Below, in pieces: positions 24,812 to 38,800 of a stretch of DNA of 64,000 nucleotides (its first letter is position 1; every line of letters begins with the position of its first letter). The notes under the pieces are model-generated. The model saw only the letters and a list, made by a program, of their open reading frames with translations. It ran no database searches and was not told the DNA's origin. The position numbers were made by a program, and so were the translations under genes. The DNA is from Lingula anatina (lineage: Eukaryota > Animalia > Brachiopoda), in assembly GCA_051362555.1 (NCBI GenBank), contig CM120647.1, positions 1,364,001-1,428,000 of the forward strand, written 5' to 3'.

Positions 24812-27800
24812 TCAAAGCGCCAACCGAAGCCCAGCAAACATTGCGGCGCTGATTGCACCACTCACGGGTACCGTGACAATCCAGGCGAAGAAAATGTTCC
24901 GGAACAGCTTCCAGTCCACGTTCTCGCGAGACCGGAAACGACCGACGCCGACGATAGATCCGACCTTGCAGTGGGTGGTACTGATGGGGATGCCGATGTT
25001 GGAGGCGACCAGCACGGTCAGCGCTGAGGCTATCTCGATGCAGAAGCCACTGAAGATAAAATAGGTCATTATAAATGTATTACACAAAAGGGTTTTGCTT
25101 ACGAGGTTACAGATTTGTTGAGTAACATTATACGTGTATCTAGAGAAGAACGCCATTAATTTTACGCTCAGGTGTTTACATCATAATTTTTGGAACGCAA
25201 AGCTTAGGTTAACAAGCGTCATTGATCTCATTTCATTTGAAATTGTACGTTATCAACACGCCCTACCTTGACGGTGTGATCTTCGTTAAGTCATCTCCGA
25301 GCGTCTTGATAACACGTCTACCCCACACCCACAACCCCAGTGAAATCCCTAGGCCGCCATAGAACAGGATCCATATCGGTGTCGCCATCTTTTGGTGAAC
25401 TTCTCCCTCTATACCAATTATCCACAGGGCGACCACTGGCCCTATAGCGTTGCTGCAATAAATTAATTAATAAACAAAGACGGTAAAATAATAACAAAAT
25501 GAGATTTTAGATTAAAAAGTACTATAGATCACTATCGTCAGGGCTATTTTAACATTTATTCAGTACGCACTGAGGGCTATTATGTTCTTTTTTATCAAAT
25601 AATTATATAATTTTATTTCAGTCAGATTGTATTTCTTTTGAACGAATGGTTTTGTTTGAAAAATATATTAGACTTGCGATTTTGTATCGAGATAATAAAT
25701 CAGTTACAGCAGTAATGGACCACATAAACAAAACATTGCGATCGTTAATAATAATGAGTACGGATGCTATATTAAAGCAAAAGTAACCCATTAAGTTCTT
25801 TAGCAGAAAACTGAACATTTATCTTTAACAAATGTTAATCAATGTTTTTGTTCTCTAACTTTTAAATAACATCAAGTCATTTTGTAAAACCAGCCCTAGC
25901 GGCCGTAGTAAAGACTAATCGCTTCCCCACCTGACGTCATTTCCGCCATGCGCAAAAGACCCAAACACTGCCGTTAGAATCTGGAGTGCGTAAAACAGCT
26001 TGGCGGCTTCCGGTGAATCTTGGATGTTTTCCCGTCCTTCCTCTTTCCTGGCGCTCTCCTGGGAACAGGAATCAGAATCAAACGTTTTAAAAGGTCAGAA
26101 AAGGAACAAAATTCAATACATTAGCCTTAAAGGCTTTATTTATAGGCCAGTATTTCTAGCGAAAGGCAACATATTTTTACTTAATTTTGAACCAAGTTAA
26201 TGTTTGGAATGGCTTATTGCAGGGTGTTACTACTATACTTGTACTAGTAGTGGTGGTGCGAGCAGTAATAGCAGTTAATTACTATGTACATGTTGTGGCG
26301 TACAGGTGATAGAAGTAATCTATTGAAAATTGACCTGTGTAGTAGTGTTATGAGTTGGGACGAAAGCTTTCCATGTATGCTTTGAGTAAAATTGTGCAGA
26401 AACTGTACAGTTTTAAATTTCATCATAATGAGTGATAGTAATACAGTATTGTGTTGTAAAATACAGCGTAGAAATGCCAGTATTAGTCATTCTCTTTACC
26501 TTCTCCTCGTCGATACTAAGTTGTTCATACTGCAAGCTCCTTCGGTAGGATTTGTGCGAGTGGACAGACTCATTGTCAAGATCTGAAAACGAACAATATT
26601 AATGTATCTAAATAACCACGTTGTACTATGTACACTTTGCATCAGTGCTATATGTACTAGTACATGTGCATTTCATAGTGGTCTATACCCTTTTTTGTCA
26701 CTGTGTGCACAACATAGCTTTATAAGGCATAAACTTGGTTTGTGTAAAGACTGGTATATAACCGGTAGATTTGCCCGTCATCAGCTCGTCACGCACCTTT
26801 AAAAATCGTTTAAAGAGAGGCAAGATCTTTAAAAGCATACAGGTTGCGTTATTAGCGGCCATTTTTATCGCAAAATATAAAGTTTCTTCAACACTTTTGC
26901 CATTTTAACCTTATTCGCTTCGGTAAGCTATATCCAAAAGTGTTCACAGAATTTATAACCAATTTTTTTAATTCAAAAGTAATCATTTTTACCGTCACGA
27001 ATTGAGTTCTAACCACCATCTATTTCTTACCATTGTAAGAGGATTTCCAAAATTAGAAACTCTTATCTGAAAAACGGGTCTAGGATGGTTATGTAGTATC
27101 TATTAATGATTTTAACTATAAAAATGTGGACGAGCTGAAATTTCCAGAAAAAAATATTTGCTACTTTATAAATTGCTAACACTCATAGTGTCCCTTTATT
27201 AAACATGTAGTGTGTACAATAAAAGTGACTGCTGAGGGTGTTCCGGAGAAATACCTTTGTCTTTCTTGAAGTTGAGGCCCAGCAGGGGTTTCACGGAAGG
27301 CGAATGTGGCAAAGAGTCCTGTAAACAACATACTCAGATTTTATGGCAAGGACCGGTTACCAGAACTATTGCAACAAAATTTATCATTTATTTCTGTTTG
27401 TCTGTTTGTTTATCTTTGTAGTACACCATTAATTTTAATTAAAATATCGATATACTGCCTGTTTAATCAGCCATATGGCAATTCATTCACTTATTTACAG
27501 TGTGTATTCATTTGACTATTTATTTATTTACTTTTGTTCACTACTTGCCTCTCTACTAAAATCATTCCGTTCTCCAGAGTCACTGCTACTGGCGCTTCCA
27601 ATTCTTTGTTTCAGTTCTACTTCCGTTGCCTGCTTCTCCTTGGTCACTGCTTCCTTATCGTCTTCACTGACCACGGTTTTTGGGTCTGCAATAGTTGGGA
27701 AATAAACATAAAACATTTAGAGTAAGTAATATACTAATGCTCACCGATTGAATGAAACACATCAACTGAATTTGCAGAGCCAAAATTTAGGAGAAAGTAA

Positions 27801-30800
27801 ATTCTTCAATATCGCCGCGGTTGTTAAACATAAAAATGAATAAAAAAAAACAAATACATCCTAAAATGTTATACCGTTAGAAGAGTCGCTTTCAATCTGA
27901 TTTTCTTCGTCCTCCGTTTCACCATTCCGTTCTTTCGCGCACTGTGCTGTAAGATTACAATGTTCAAATATCAAACTTCAATACAGAAGAAACAATGCAT
28001 CAAATAGCTTCTTCATCCTAAATTATTCTTATTTAATATATTTAGTACCATATAAACTATGATTGTGATTATTATTTATTTGAATAAGTAATACTGATAA
28101 CAATATAAATATTTATTATTTTTCTTATTCGATGTTCAATTGTCTAAACCTGACCGCTCGTCGCGTCTGAAGTTCAATGTTTGACAAAAGTTAACATCAC
28201 CAATCACAGCTGTTAGCCATGCCTGTTAACAACACCAAGCGCCCATAGGAATAACTGGACGCAAGTTTATGATTAGCGCGGTCAACTACAATCAAACCCT
28301 TGCTTACTACTCTGTGACTCTCCAGTGTGTAAGGTAGGTTCTACTTGCCTATTATCCGTCTCCGTTGCCAAGGGACGAGAAACAGCCAGACCAGGAGAGC
28401 GCAGACAAGTCCGCCCCCGAACGCTGCCGAGAACGTCCCCCATATCGGGATCAGGTGGAAGTAGAGCACTATGAGGGATAAAGTGATACTTGGGAGTGAA
28501 TGTGATGATATAAATTAAAGTGATATTTTGCAAAACATTTAATCTTACTCTGATAAGTCACGATTCAGGTCAGTAGCCAGCAATTTCAAAAGGGGGTTAT
28601 TTTCCTGAAAAAGTGGGCCTTTTACTGTGAAACCTTCTTGTACCATATAACATTTGACCCAGAGGGGGGCTTTTCCCGGCAAAAAGGTGGCTTCGTTCGA
28701 ACCCTCCTAACCCCCTATCCCCCCCCCCCCACCCCCGGCTAGGGACCTGAGATTAGTGGATATAATCTTAATCAATGTTTTTCATCTTTTATATAAAAAA
28801 AAATAATTAGTTGTGTAAAAACCACCACCTGTAACTTACTTTGCGGACCCTCGTAGAACACGGAGAACAGGTTGATGGTGAGGGTAGCGCCGTAGAAAAG
28901 GGGAAGAAATCGCATCCCCCATAACAGCGGGTCCGGCTGAAAAAGACCACAATGTGTATCACAATCCTCGCCACGTGAAATATTAGTCATCAATACGACT
29001 TCAAAATATACATGAAATACTTACATCTTATGCCACATCCCTATATGAAAGATTGTATGTATGAGATACATGTTAGTCGTTGAGGAATTGAAGTCAGTCT
29101 TTTACTCCTTGAAGAGCTTGTTCTGTTGACTAAAAACAGCGGTCAAAGGAAAATATTACCATGCGTGTTATACCGAAGAGTCGTTCCCTATGCCACATCA
29201 GGCTACAATTTACTTACAAATCAAGACGACCGGGCCCCGTAACTCGAAAGCATAGCGTATTGCGAATAGGGATATCACATAGAGGCTACAATGTATTACA
29301 TTGTATATGGGGCGGGTTTGGGCGAGTTATGGAATCGAGACGCTTGCGCTAGGTCGCAATGCGCGATGCTTTCGAGTTACGAAGCCCAGCTTGTCCAAGG
29401 TTTCAGCTTTACCAAACGTTGACAAATGAAAGCGTTTTTATGGAAATCTAAAGTTTGGCATAAGACATGTTCTTACTTCTATCTTTGTATACTTACCTTG
29501 GACAGTATGAAGTAATAGACGAAGAAGAACACTCCCACTGACACCAGGCCCGACAATATGGGGGACACGAACCAAGAGGCGACTGAAGATCACAACATGT
29601 AAAATAACGAAAAACAAAATAAATTTATTTGTTTAAAACAAAAAACAAAAGAACAAAAAACGCATGCAAATGTGTGCACGTGCATCTCTTCGAGACGTCA
29701 AGTAACACATGTACATGCATCTTATGAAATCATTCGATAGTAAAAAAAAACATTAATTTGCGTTTAATACTACAAATTTCACTACATAAATCTTTGCAAG
29801 GAAAATCACAAAGCAGGTGCCCATATCATCTCTGAAGTTGAACACGTACTTATCATTCCAATTTTCTTCCAGTTGACTCCCGCGGCGCCGTGCGCAACAA
29901 GGGCGAATCCCATAGTAGCCCCCACAATGCTGTGCGTACCGGAAACTGGCATGCTAAAGAACGTTGCCACTAGCAACCAAATACAGGAACCTGGAACGAG
30001 AAAAAATGGTTTTATGACCATGATGTGATATTGTGAAATAATTGTCATTATCCATGGGCTGATAATAAGAAGGGAATTCAAACATCTTGCCTTCAAACGT
30101 TAATTGTTCAAAAATTATCTGCAGTTTTTCTTTGCCTTTTGTTATTTTTGAAGCAATTACAAGATCACCTCTTTCCTAATTAAGTGAAAAATTTTAATTT
30201 ACTCAAACTTATCAAACTGTTTGGCCGTCTTCCTCAGTGAAATATTAGTGTGAACAATGCGCCAATGACTATTTACTGGTGTGTACGGCTACTAAGTTTT
30301 TTAACTTGCTCAAATCCTGTTCTCAACTTTAAATCCCAAATTGGATCTACTTCTCTGAAAGATTTATCTGTATTAATCCGCATTGAAAACGTTTTAGTCT
30401 CAAACATTAGCCTTGCGTTTCTGGAGGTGCAAAATATTTAATAAGACCACAGGGGCTGATTTATTTGTTTATTGATTTATTGATCAATTTTATTGATTAT
30501 TGATTATTTTTTATTGATTTATTGATTTATTTTCTACCAATGTGAACTGCAATGTTTGTTTCGACTATTATTAGACATTTTTTTATTCTTGCTTGAATTT
30601 TCTTTTTCTTTTTCTTTTAATGTAAAGCCTCACGTGACTTGGCGACCTCCTCTGTAACATTCCAGTTAACATATTACCTGTCTCTTCTCACGTAGACAGA
30701 TATCTGTCATTTCGTGAAAGCCGCTTTCTGCTTGGGGTTTTGATTGAAAGGTGAGCATTTTATCACCGTGTTATTACCATTGTTTTGGCATCATAATCAC

Positions 30801-33328
30801 GCGTGATATCATGAGAAAATGACAAATTGCTATAATTATTTGACGGCAATATCGCTTGTATGGGAGGAAGTGTCGTAAAGCGTTGTCACCAGTGAAGCAC
30901 GCGAAGACATGGAGTGAAATTGTCATCGTCTTCAGGAAAATCATCATAAAAAAGGAAGAGAAAAGAAAAAAAAGTACAAAATTGTGCTCCGTCTCTTCAC
31001 ATGAGGCGCATTTATCGGCTGTCACGTACACGCCACTGTATTCAGAAAACAGGTATGACGGCGGCAACTTTTTTGCGTGGGAGCCAACGATGACAACAAG
31101 AGACTCGTCGCTTTGAGACTTGTTGCCGCTGGTTTGCGCCTGAGAAATTTAAGTGGAAAGAGCAATTACTCTGTCCCCTCACTTGGTCACTGACTGATTG
31201 GACCACTGGCGGGAAGAACTTTCGACCACAGGCTCAGAAAGTGACTGACCCAGCTTATTCTGATATGTAATGTTCAGTCGTTGTCCATGGCAGTGGTCAA
31301 GCAGAAGATCTGAGCTGCATTCACACCGAGGTAACAAGGATGTTAGTCCGCCATGAAACGTAGTCCGCCCCCCCTAATTTGCGCAGGTGACATTAGTCCC
31401 CAAAACCAACCCAAATACCCCAACTAACCCTAACTGTAATAATCCTACGAGAGCCCAGACGTCCATTCCTAGAACTATCATTCCTGTCACACCGGGCATT
31501 TTGATGAGAACCAAGCTGTCGGCTACTTGCGTCTTCGGTCTACCCAACTGAAATTTTTTATAATGGCAATGCCACTTAACTTGATAGGTCCCTTTTAAAT
31601 TAGGAGACGTACGTACTACTGCAGTAAACATTGTTTGAAATGAGAGCACGGGATGTGAAGAGAACACGGATCTTAGTACAGAACATGAAACTGATGAACA
31701 TTTGAGCACGCCCAAACGAGCGCGCCCGCGCGCGTGTATGTGTGTGCGTGTGTGTGTGTGTTGGGCGAAGGGGAGGGGGATAGAGTCAATTTCATTATTT
31801 GCATGAAGCTCTGAAGACGCCTTGCAATACACGTACAGTGTTGTCCTCCAATGTGTCTGTCTAAAATTGGCCTCCTATTTGAGAGACGCAACGTTCTAGC
31901 AATCTCTCACAGATTGGCTCTGTAGTGGAAAGTACAAGGCGAGAACTTTCTCACAGCCTATCCATTATTGTCGGCAGATCGTTTGTCATGATCACCAGCT
32001 AAGGCGTCTCTGGTGGAAGACCGCCTTAAAGCGTCACCTGATGGATGACAGTTAAGGTGAGCCACGGCGTTCAGCCAAGGTTACGACATCAGACCATGGG
32101 AGGATTGTATCTGATGGAAACATGACTGACACACACAAACAAACAAACAAACAAATAAACACACACATACTCAAATACCAACACTCACGTCACATTTTCA
32201 GTCAGCTCAATTTGTCATATTCGCAGTTATAAAATCTATCAACAATACGAACGTCTTCGTCACGCGATCTGTTACGCATATTTCGCAATCTTCTAGAATA
32301 TATCTCCACGTGTCTTACGCAACATTTTTGTCGTCATGTCTGTATAACTTCCCCAATTTTTTTGGTTATCTGAGCATTACTTTAACCTTATTCTTATACA
32401 CTTTTCTATATCTTGCCATCAGTTTCAGTCGTTGTGCGACCTTCAGTGCCATTTTTACTATGGTACTTATTAGTCTCTTTTGAGGCGATCTCGACAGTTT
32501 GACATTCAACCAAGGACCTTTTTTTTCAAAAAATAAAATTAGCCTAAACACTTGTGTAAATTTTCAAAAATTGTCTTAAAAGACAGGAATTATAATAAAT
32601 CTTGACCCAAGATAAATGAGCTTTACTATTCCAATTTAATGAAAAATTGCCACCGTTTAAAAACTGGACTAGCACGTCTAATACTAACCAAAGTTATTCT
32701 ATTCTATTCTATCCTGAGCTACACTGTACGACGGATTTCTTCTTGCCTAACGTAGACAAAATGTTTGGGCTAAATGTAATGGCCTATTTCGGTGTAAAAT
32801 TCTTTGATGGCTCCGGCTCTCTGTCTCTGGCAGTCCCCCCCCCCCCCCCCCCCCCCCACAGAGCTCATATGTCCAGGTGCCAAGTCGTTAAGTTCCGTTC
32901 TCAAAGTTTTCCACTACGGTGTGTTAAACTGAATAAACCCTGTTTTATTCACCCCAGAGTTGTCTAGTTGAAGTGTAGCATGGCCGTGTCATACCTCGAG
33001 AGTTCTTGGACAGTTTAATACTAGGGTACCATCTGGTCAATCACATGACTTTTAAACGGCAAACCAAATTCATCCAAATACGAAACCAACAGAGATTTAA
33101 GAAAACGAAGATTTTACACAATGTGCATTTGAAAAAGTACAGAAATGAAAAATCAATCAAACAGCAAGAGAGAAAATTAATCGCACGTCATGTGCATTCT
33201 GAAGAGACCTTTGCTCGTGACTCGCGCAATTTTAGAGCCTGATCATTACATTTAGCCCTGATCCATTTATATAGCACATGTCACTCTTATTTATGTCACC
33301 TGTCACGAAAGAAGGCGAGGAAGGCATT

Positions 33329-33375
<47 letters not shown>

Positions 33376-33467
33376 TGATTATCTGTCTGAAATAATGGTA
33401 AATTTAGAAACTGGTGTGATGTGTGAGATGACATTGGATCGAGCTTTGCGTCGTTTCTATATGATGC

Positions 33468-33523
<56 letters not shown>

Positions 33524-35850
33524 TGTGTGTGTGTGTGTGTGTGCGCGTGCACGTGTGCTACTCTGACAAAATTTGAACATCCAGAATTTGTCACAAAAGG
33601 TGACGTTTTTTTTTTTTAATTGTCTCTTTGCTTCTTTTGAAATAAGTGAAATAAAAAAGTAAACGGTGCCCGAGATTTCGGCTTCTGTGTCTTCTCCAGG
33701 GTCCAAAATGAAGAATTGCTTATTTTGCGCACGACTTTGTTGTGAATTATGAGTTCAAATACCACTCCACGTGCCGCGGACAATTACAAGTTCCACAGTG
33801 TCCGTATTAAAACTGAGTGAGAGACTTTGTACAGGCACCAGGTGCAACTCTAAGATGAAAGCTGACGGAGATTTTTGAAACAATGGAATAGTCACATCTT
33901 AGAATTTCAACAAAGAACACCTTCTGAAAGCTAACCACAATTCGTGTCGCGAATCTATGTACATGAATTAGCCACCTTGCAAAATATTGTTTTATCTGTT
34001 AATTTTGCACTCGGAATGGAAATTCCGACGTCTGAGAACGAGAACAACGTGAATAAACTTTGCCTTATGGGAGAAATATGACGGGAGTCCATGAGTATTT
34101 TTTGTAATTTCACTTAACGAGTGAACATCGAATGATTGAAACTGGTTATTGTTGTCAGCGTTGGGTTTTCCAATAACGACTTACACGTAAATATTTAGAA
34201 CACGGACTACCATTCCTGTTACACCAGCATGTTTTATTCCATCATCTGACCATTGTCCTTTTCTATAAGCATGTCTTTGAGCTTGCTGCGCACCTTCCTG
34301 CCATGCCATGACGTTGTCATTCATTCCACTCGCCGTCAACAAACAACGTACACAGTATGATAAGCGTTCAAGACGCATCGTTTAACTATGTTTATATTTT
34401 TATAATTGGCAATGTTCTGGATATGGTAGTGTGAATGGAAAATGTCACTTTTTAACCCAGTGGAATGGTGTGTGTTTCTGTGTGTGTGTGTGTGTGTGTG
34501 TGCGTGTGCGTAGTGCATGTGTGCGTATATGCGCGCGCGTATGTGTGTGCTTACTTGGGTGTGTGCGTGTGTATGCGTTCGTTTGTTCAAATTCGCAAAA
34601 AAAAAATGATAATAGATAAAACTTGATCAAAATCTTTTAGACGGACAAACACACATTAAGAGTATTCTTTAAGGACAACGCATATTATGTCTTAACCTTA
34701 ATTTCTCAAGTAAAAGGCGTTTCACCTCCAAGAAGTATTATTGTCATTAACAAGAGACAGAAACGCGCAAGCACCTGCCTCGGGTCAGAAAACACTCTGA
34801 TTTATTCTTATTTCAGCAATCATTAGTTCTCTCAGGTGGGCAGTGATCTAACGCCTGATAACAGCCAGCAGTCAGCGGTTGACGGGGTCCTGGCCGAGAA
34901 GATAAACTTTGCCTCTCAAAGGTCAGCTTGGGTGGGCTTATCGCCCGACATCACGGCAGGATGCTGCTGTACAGACTTATTACCAGAAACAAAACGTCTT
35001 TGGTCCCAGGACAAAAATAGTTCAAGCCAAGAAAAGCAATTTATTAATCGACATACATATAAGGCAATTAGCTTTCACAGAAAGTCGTATATCAAACTGT
35101 AAGATCCAGCACGTTCTGCTGTTTCATGGTACGACTGGTTCTTGTCATCAGCCTTTCCAAACCCACTTTTTCTATTTATTTATTTATTTGATTATTTATT
35201 TATTTTAAACATATAAGACACAAGTGCTGTATTTAGGCATTTATTGTAAAGTTCCTTGAAACTGAAATTGAGCATTGTTACCGATACAATGTACCCCAGT
35301 TACTAAAAAAAATACCGAAATAACCACCTTTTAATTATTTTGGTTTAATCAGATGTTACAAAAAATCGTCTTAACATAACCCTGGAAGATTAACTAACGA
35401 CAAGATAAGGCGTCACCCGCTTCACACTATAACCCTGCCAAGTTTTGGATACAGTGCCTTCGAATATTTGACTAAAGTAAACCGGAGTTTGACGTACGAT
35501 ATAAATGAAAAACTTTAAAATTAAAATCCAATTCAGGGTAACTAAAACGCCAGAAGTATCTGATATTTTGTGAAAGTGCTTTGAGACTGTAATGGGCCTT
35601 GTCATAAACCATTTTATCACGATAATTATTAACACTCGTTAATAGTGGTTAAAGTAAACTGCAACAGCACGATGGAAAAAATAATTGCAGGACAGCATTT
35701 CTTCTCGTTGGTTAAAACAGTTTATGTACAGGTACACTAGTTTTCTTGCTCTGTTTTGTTTAGACGAGCTTTAGCCTCAAGGCATAGTAACTCTGAAATG
35801 AACCGTTTCCACAAGTGTGGTGAGATCCCGCCATTACATTTCACTTGTGT

Positions 35851-35895
<45 letters not shown>

Positions 35896-38800
35896 AAAGT
35901 ATATAAATAATCTTTTTGGTAACTTTCCTAACCCTAATTCCTAATTTTCCTAAGAGAGTATGATAAATAGTAAACCAATAAGTCTTTTTGGTAATTTCCT
36001 TGCCCTAAATTCCTAATTTTCCCAAGCGAGAACGATAAATAGTAAATAAATAAATAATCATTTTGGTAATTTTCCTAACCCGACTCTCTGACCTGAAGCG
36101 ACCGTGCCTCACCTCACTTTTTCTTGTCAACTTCAACACTTTTAATCAGCCCGCCAAAAAAGTCACAAACGCTCTTAATTCAAGATCGTGACAGATTTAC
36201 TGCAGTTTGCCTTTAAGTGTCTTGACAAACGCGGCAGGATCTGGTGACAAATCTCCTATGTCCGTTACTGTACTATGTACACGGCATTTCCCTTATTGTT
36301 ACAGGCACACAGCGAGCCTTAGACATATATCTTGCAAAACTTCTGGATATTTTACAAAAACCTCTTAGCCATTGAGGTATCCCATATTCAAATCTGATCA
36401 CAGAATTACGACCCACAAATCTGTTTTTTAGTTACGAGTTTGTTGTTATTGAGTCATCTTCACGTGGGATGCAAAGGATGGTAGATTTCAATTGTGGTGG
36501 TAAACATTAAAGGTTTATCGTCAGATTGTAGGAATGGCCTGAACGGAGCATATTCTTCAGAAAACATGCCCAACTAACGATATCTTTACTCAAATACACA
36601 AATTCATTTTGTGAATTTTGGGCCTTGAAATAAGTCCTTTTTGCTCGGCCTGGGAGTTAATGAGCTACGTGGTCACGTGGTCCGATGACGACAATCGTGC
36701 CACCTGAGTCTCTTCCCCAAGCAGCGTGTTTAGCTGTCAAGCTGACCTGCATTGTCTACCTGTAAGATGATTTTTCTGACTCCTGATAAAAGTTCATACT
36801 CACTCATTCCCGAGGGGCTAAATGCTCGTAAAGCCGTGTGAAGCCATTTTCGAGTCTATTCAATTATTTAACTAGCATTTAATTATGGTTATCCCAACTA
36901 GTATAAAATACTGCATACGAATGACTTGCGGGCACTTTTGATCATTCGATATGGGGTCCATGTTATTTGTGAAATTCAATTCAATTCCATTGCGCCCTAC
37001 GGCTCATCAGAATGAAATGCAATAAAAATATAAAGTCATAAAAACAACAACAATATAACTACTACTAAAAATAATAAAAACTCATCAGACTGACGTTAAT
37101 CTTAGCTCCGATGCAAATTTTAAGTACTTTCATAACTTGTTTAATTGTGAAACATTGTTAAGTGATAACAATTTAATTAGCTTGAAAACACTTTGCTTTG
37201 TGTAATATATTTTTTGATGTATTTCTGCCTGATTGTTCTGTAGCAAAGACATTTTTAAATTCTTAAAGGAATAAAATGAAATTCATCCTCGATGGCATCT
37301 AAAATACATAGTTTACAGGTTCTTAATTTTTATTTGTGTCCATTTACCTTTAAGTTTCCACAGCTAGATTATGTGATGGAGATTTAAATTTGGCAATTAA
37401 TTCCTTGTATTTCTGTGAAATCGGCTTATTTAAATAGAATTGAACTGTAAAATTATCAACAAGATGTTGGTACAATAGCCCTTTACTCCTTGTGGACATT
37501 TCTCCAGTCAATGTTTGTCTAAAATGATCTTTCAATCTTTACTCTATCAAGCACCTTGGACAAAATATCGAGTAATGCCTGGGCATACGCATGCCGCGGT
37601 GCGTAGTCAACTACCATGCATTTAAAATGCATCAGCACTTAGTAAGGTTGTCAACTGATGACAGTTAAATTGAAAGACTATCACCTTTTGATATGATCTA
37701 AACCACTTGAGGCGACCATAGTCTCGAGCATCACATCTATTGTCACCGAAGTTAGTAAATAAGTCAAGGAAGACCGTCACAGATAAAGAAAGAAGATTGT
37801 CAACGAGTGCTGCTTTTTTATGAATCCCACAGCAACACACTGAGGGATAACGAAAATTGCCCAACCCCGTTCAACACAACTTTCCTAAACTTCTATGTCT
37901 GTATCCAGCATGCATGTCAGCTGAGTCTCAAAACCTTTATCGTCTTTGTCGTCAAAGTACCACGTGACCCAGATCTGTTGCTTCATTTTTGCATATTGTG
38001 GTGAGGTTTATTAAAACGTTTTTTTTCTACCAATAGATTGTTTTTACACTTTTTAGAAGGTGAAGATCGATTAAAACATATATCTAGTGTATGAATTGAG
38101 TGCTGATTCGTCAAAATTCGAGAAATGGAGTTTAACGTGTCTAGAATCCTTTAAATATTTCGAAATTTAGAACAGGTTCACAGGTTTTCATTTTTGCATC
38201 GGCTTTCCATAGGAGATATTTTGGCACTGAAGGGGGGGATTGGAGGGGGCATTGAAGGGGAAAGGGAAAATTTTCAAATGTCCAAAAACATTCATCTTTA
38301 CTATATGTAAACGCGAACCTTATGCCTGTAAAAAGCCCAATAATAAAGACTCCTTCAATATTTTCTGTTAACTCATTCAGTCTCTCCTCGGGTTTTGTAT
38401 TCCTTATGTACATGTACCAGGGCGACGGATTGATTTTTTCACAAGATATTCACAGATATGTCTTTAGATAAATAGACAGTCATTCGATTCTCTGGCTTTT
38501 TAAAAATTTTCCTATAACATCTGCCACCCTGGTAGAGGGAAAGTTTTGTGCAGGAAACAAAACGGCAGTCAAGAACCTTACCTGACAGTGCACACACGTT
38601 GCCTAGCATTAGGAGGTCTTCAGTACCGTTATACGGCATAACGTCAATGATACCTTTTCGAATTGTGTCCGATACTTTTGACCCTGCGGAGACAAATATG
38701 TAAACACATAAATAAGTCAACATATAACAACAGCTAATAGATAAACATATATGCCCAGAAGTAAATACTTAAATAAAAAAATGTGTATAATTTTTAACTA

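Noticed and set aside
27532-28345. Canonical GT donors near the two SLC20 GC donors
   Set aside because: They give phase-2 junctions that lead to stops or frame conflicts in the following exons.
34181-34378. Possible pogo/HTH-psq transposase fragment (YRKGQWSDD)
   Set aside because: Similarity limited to a few residues, with no supporting downstream domain.
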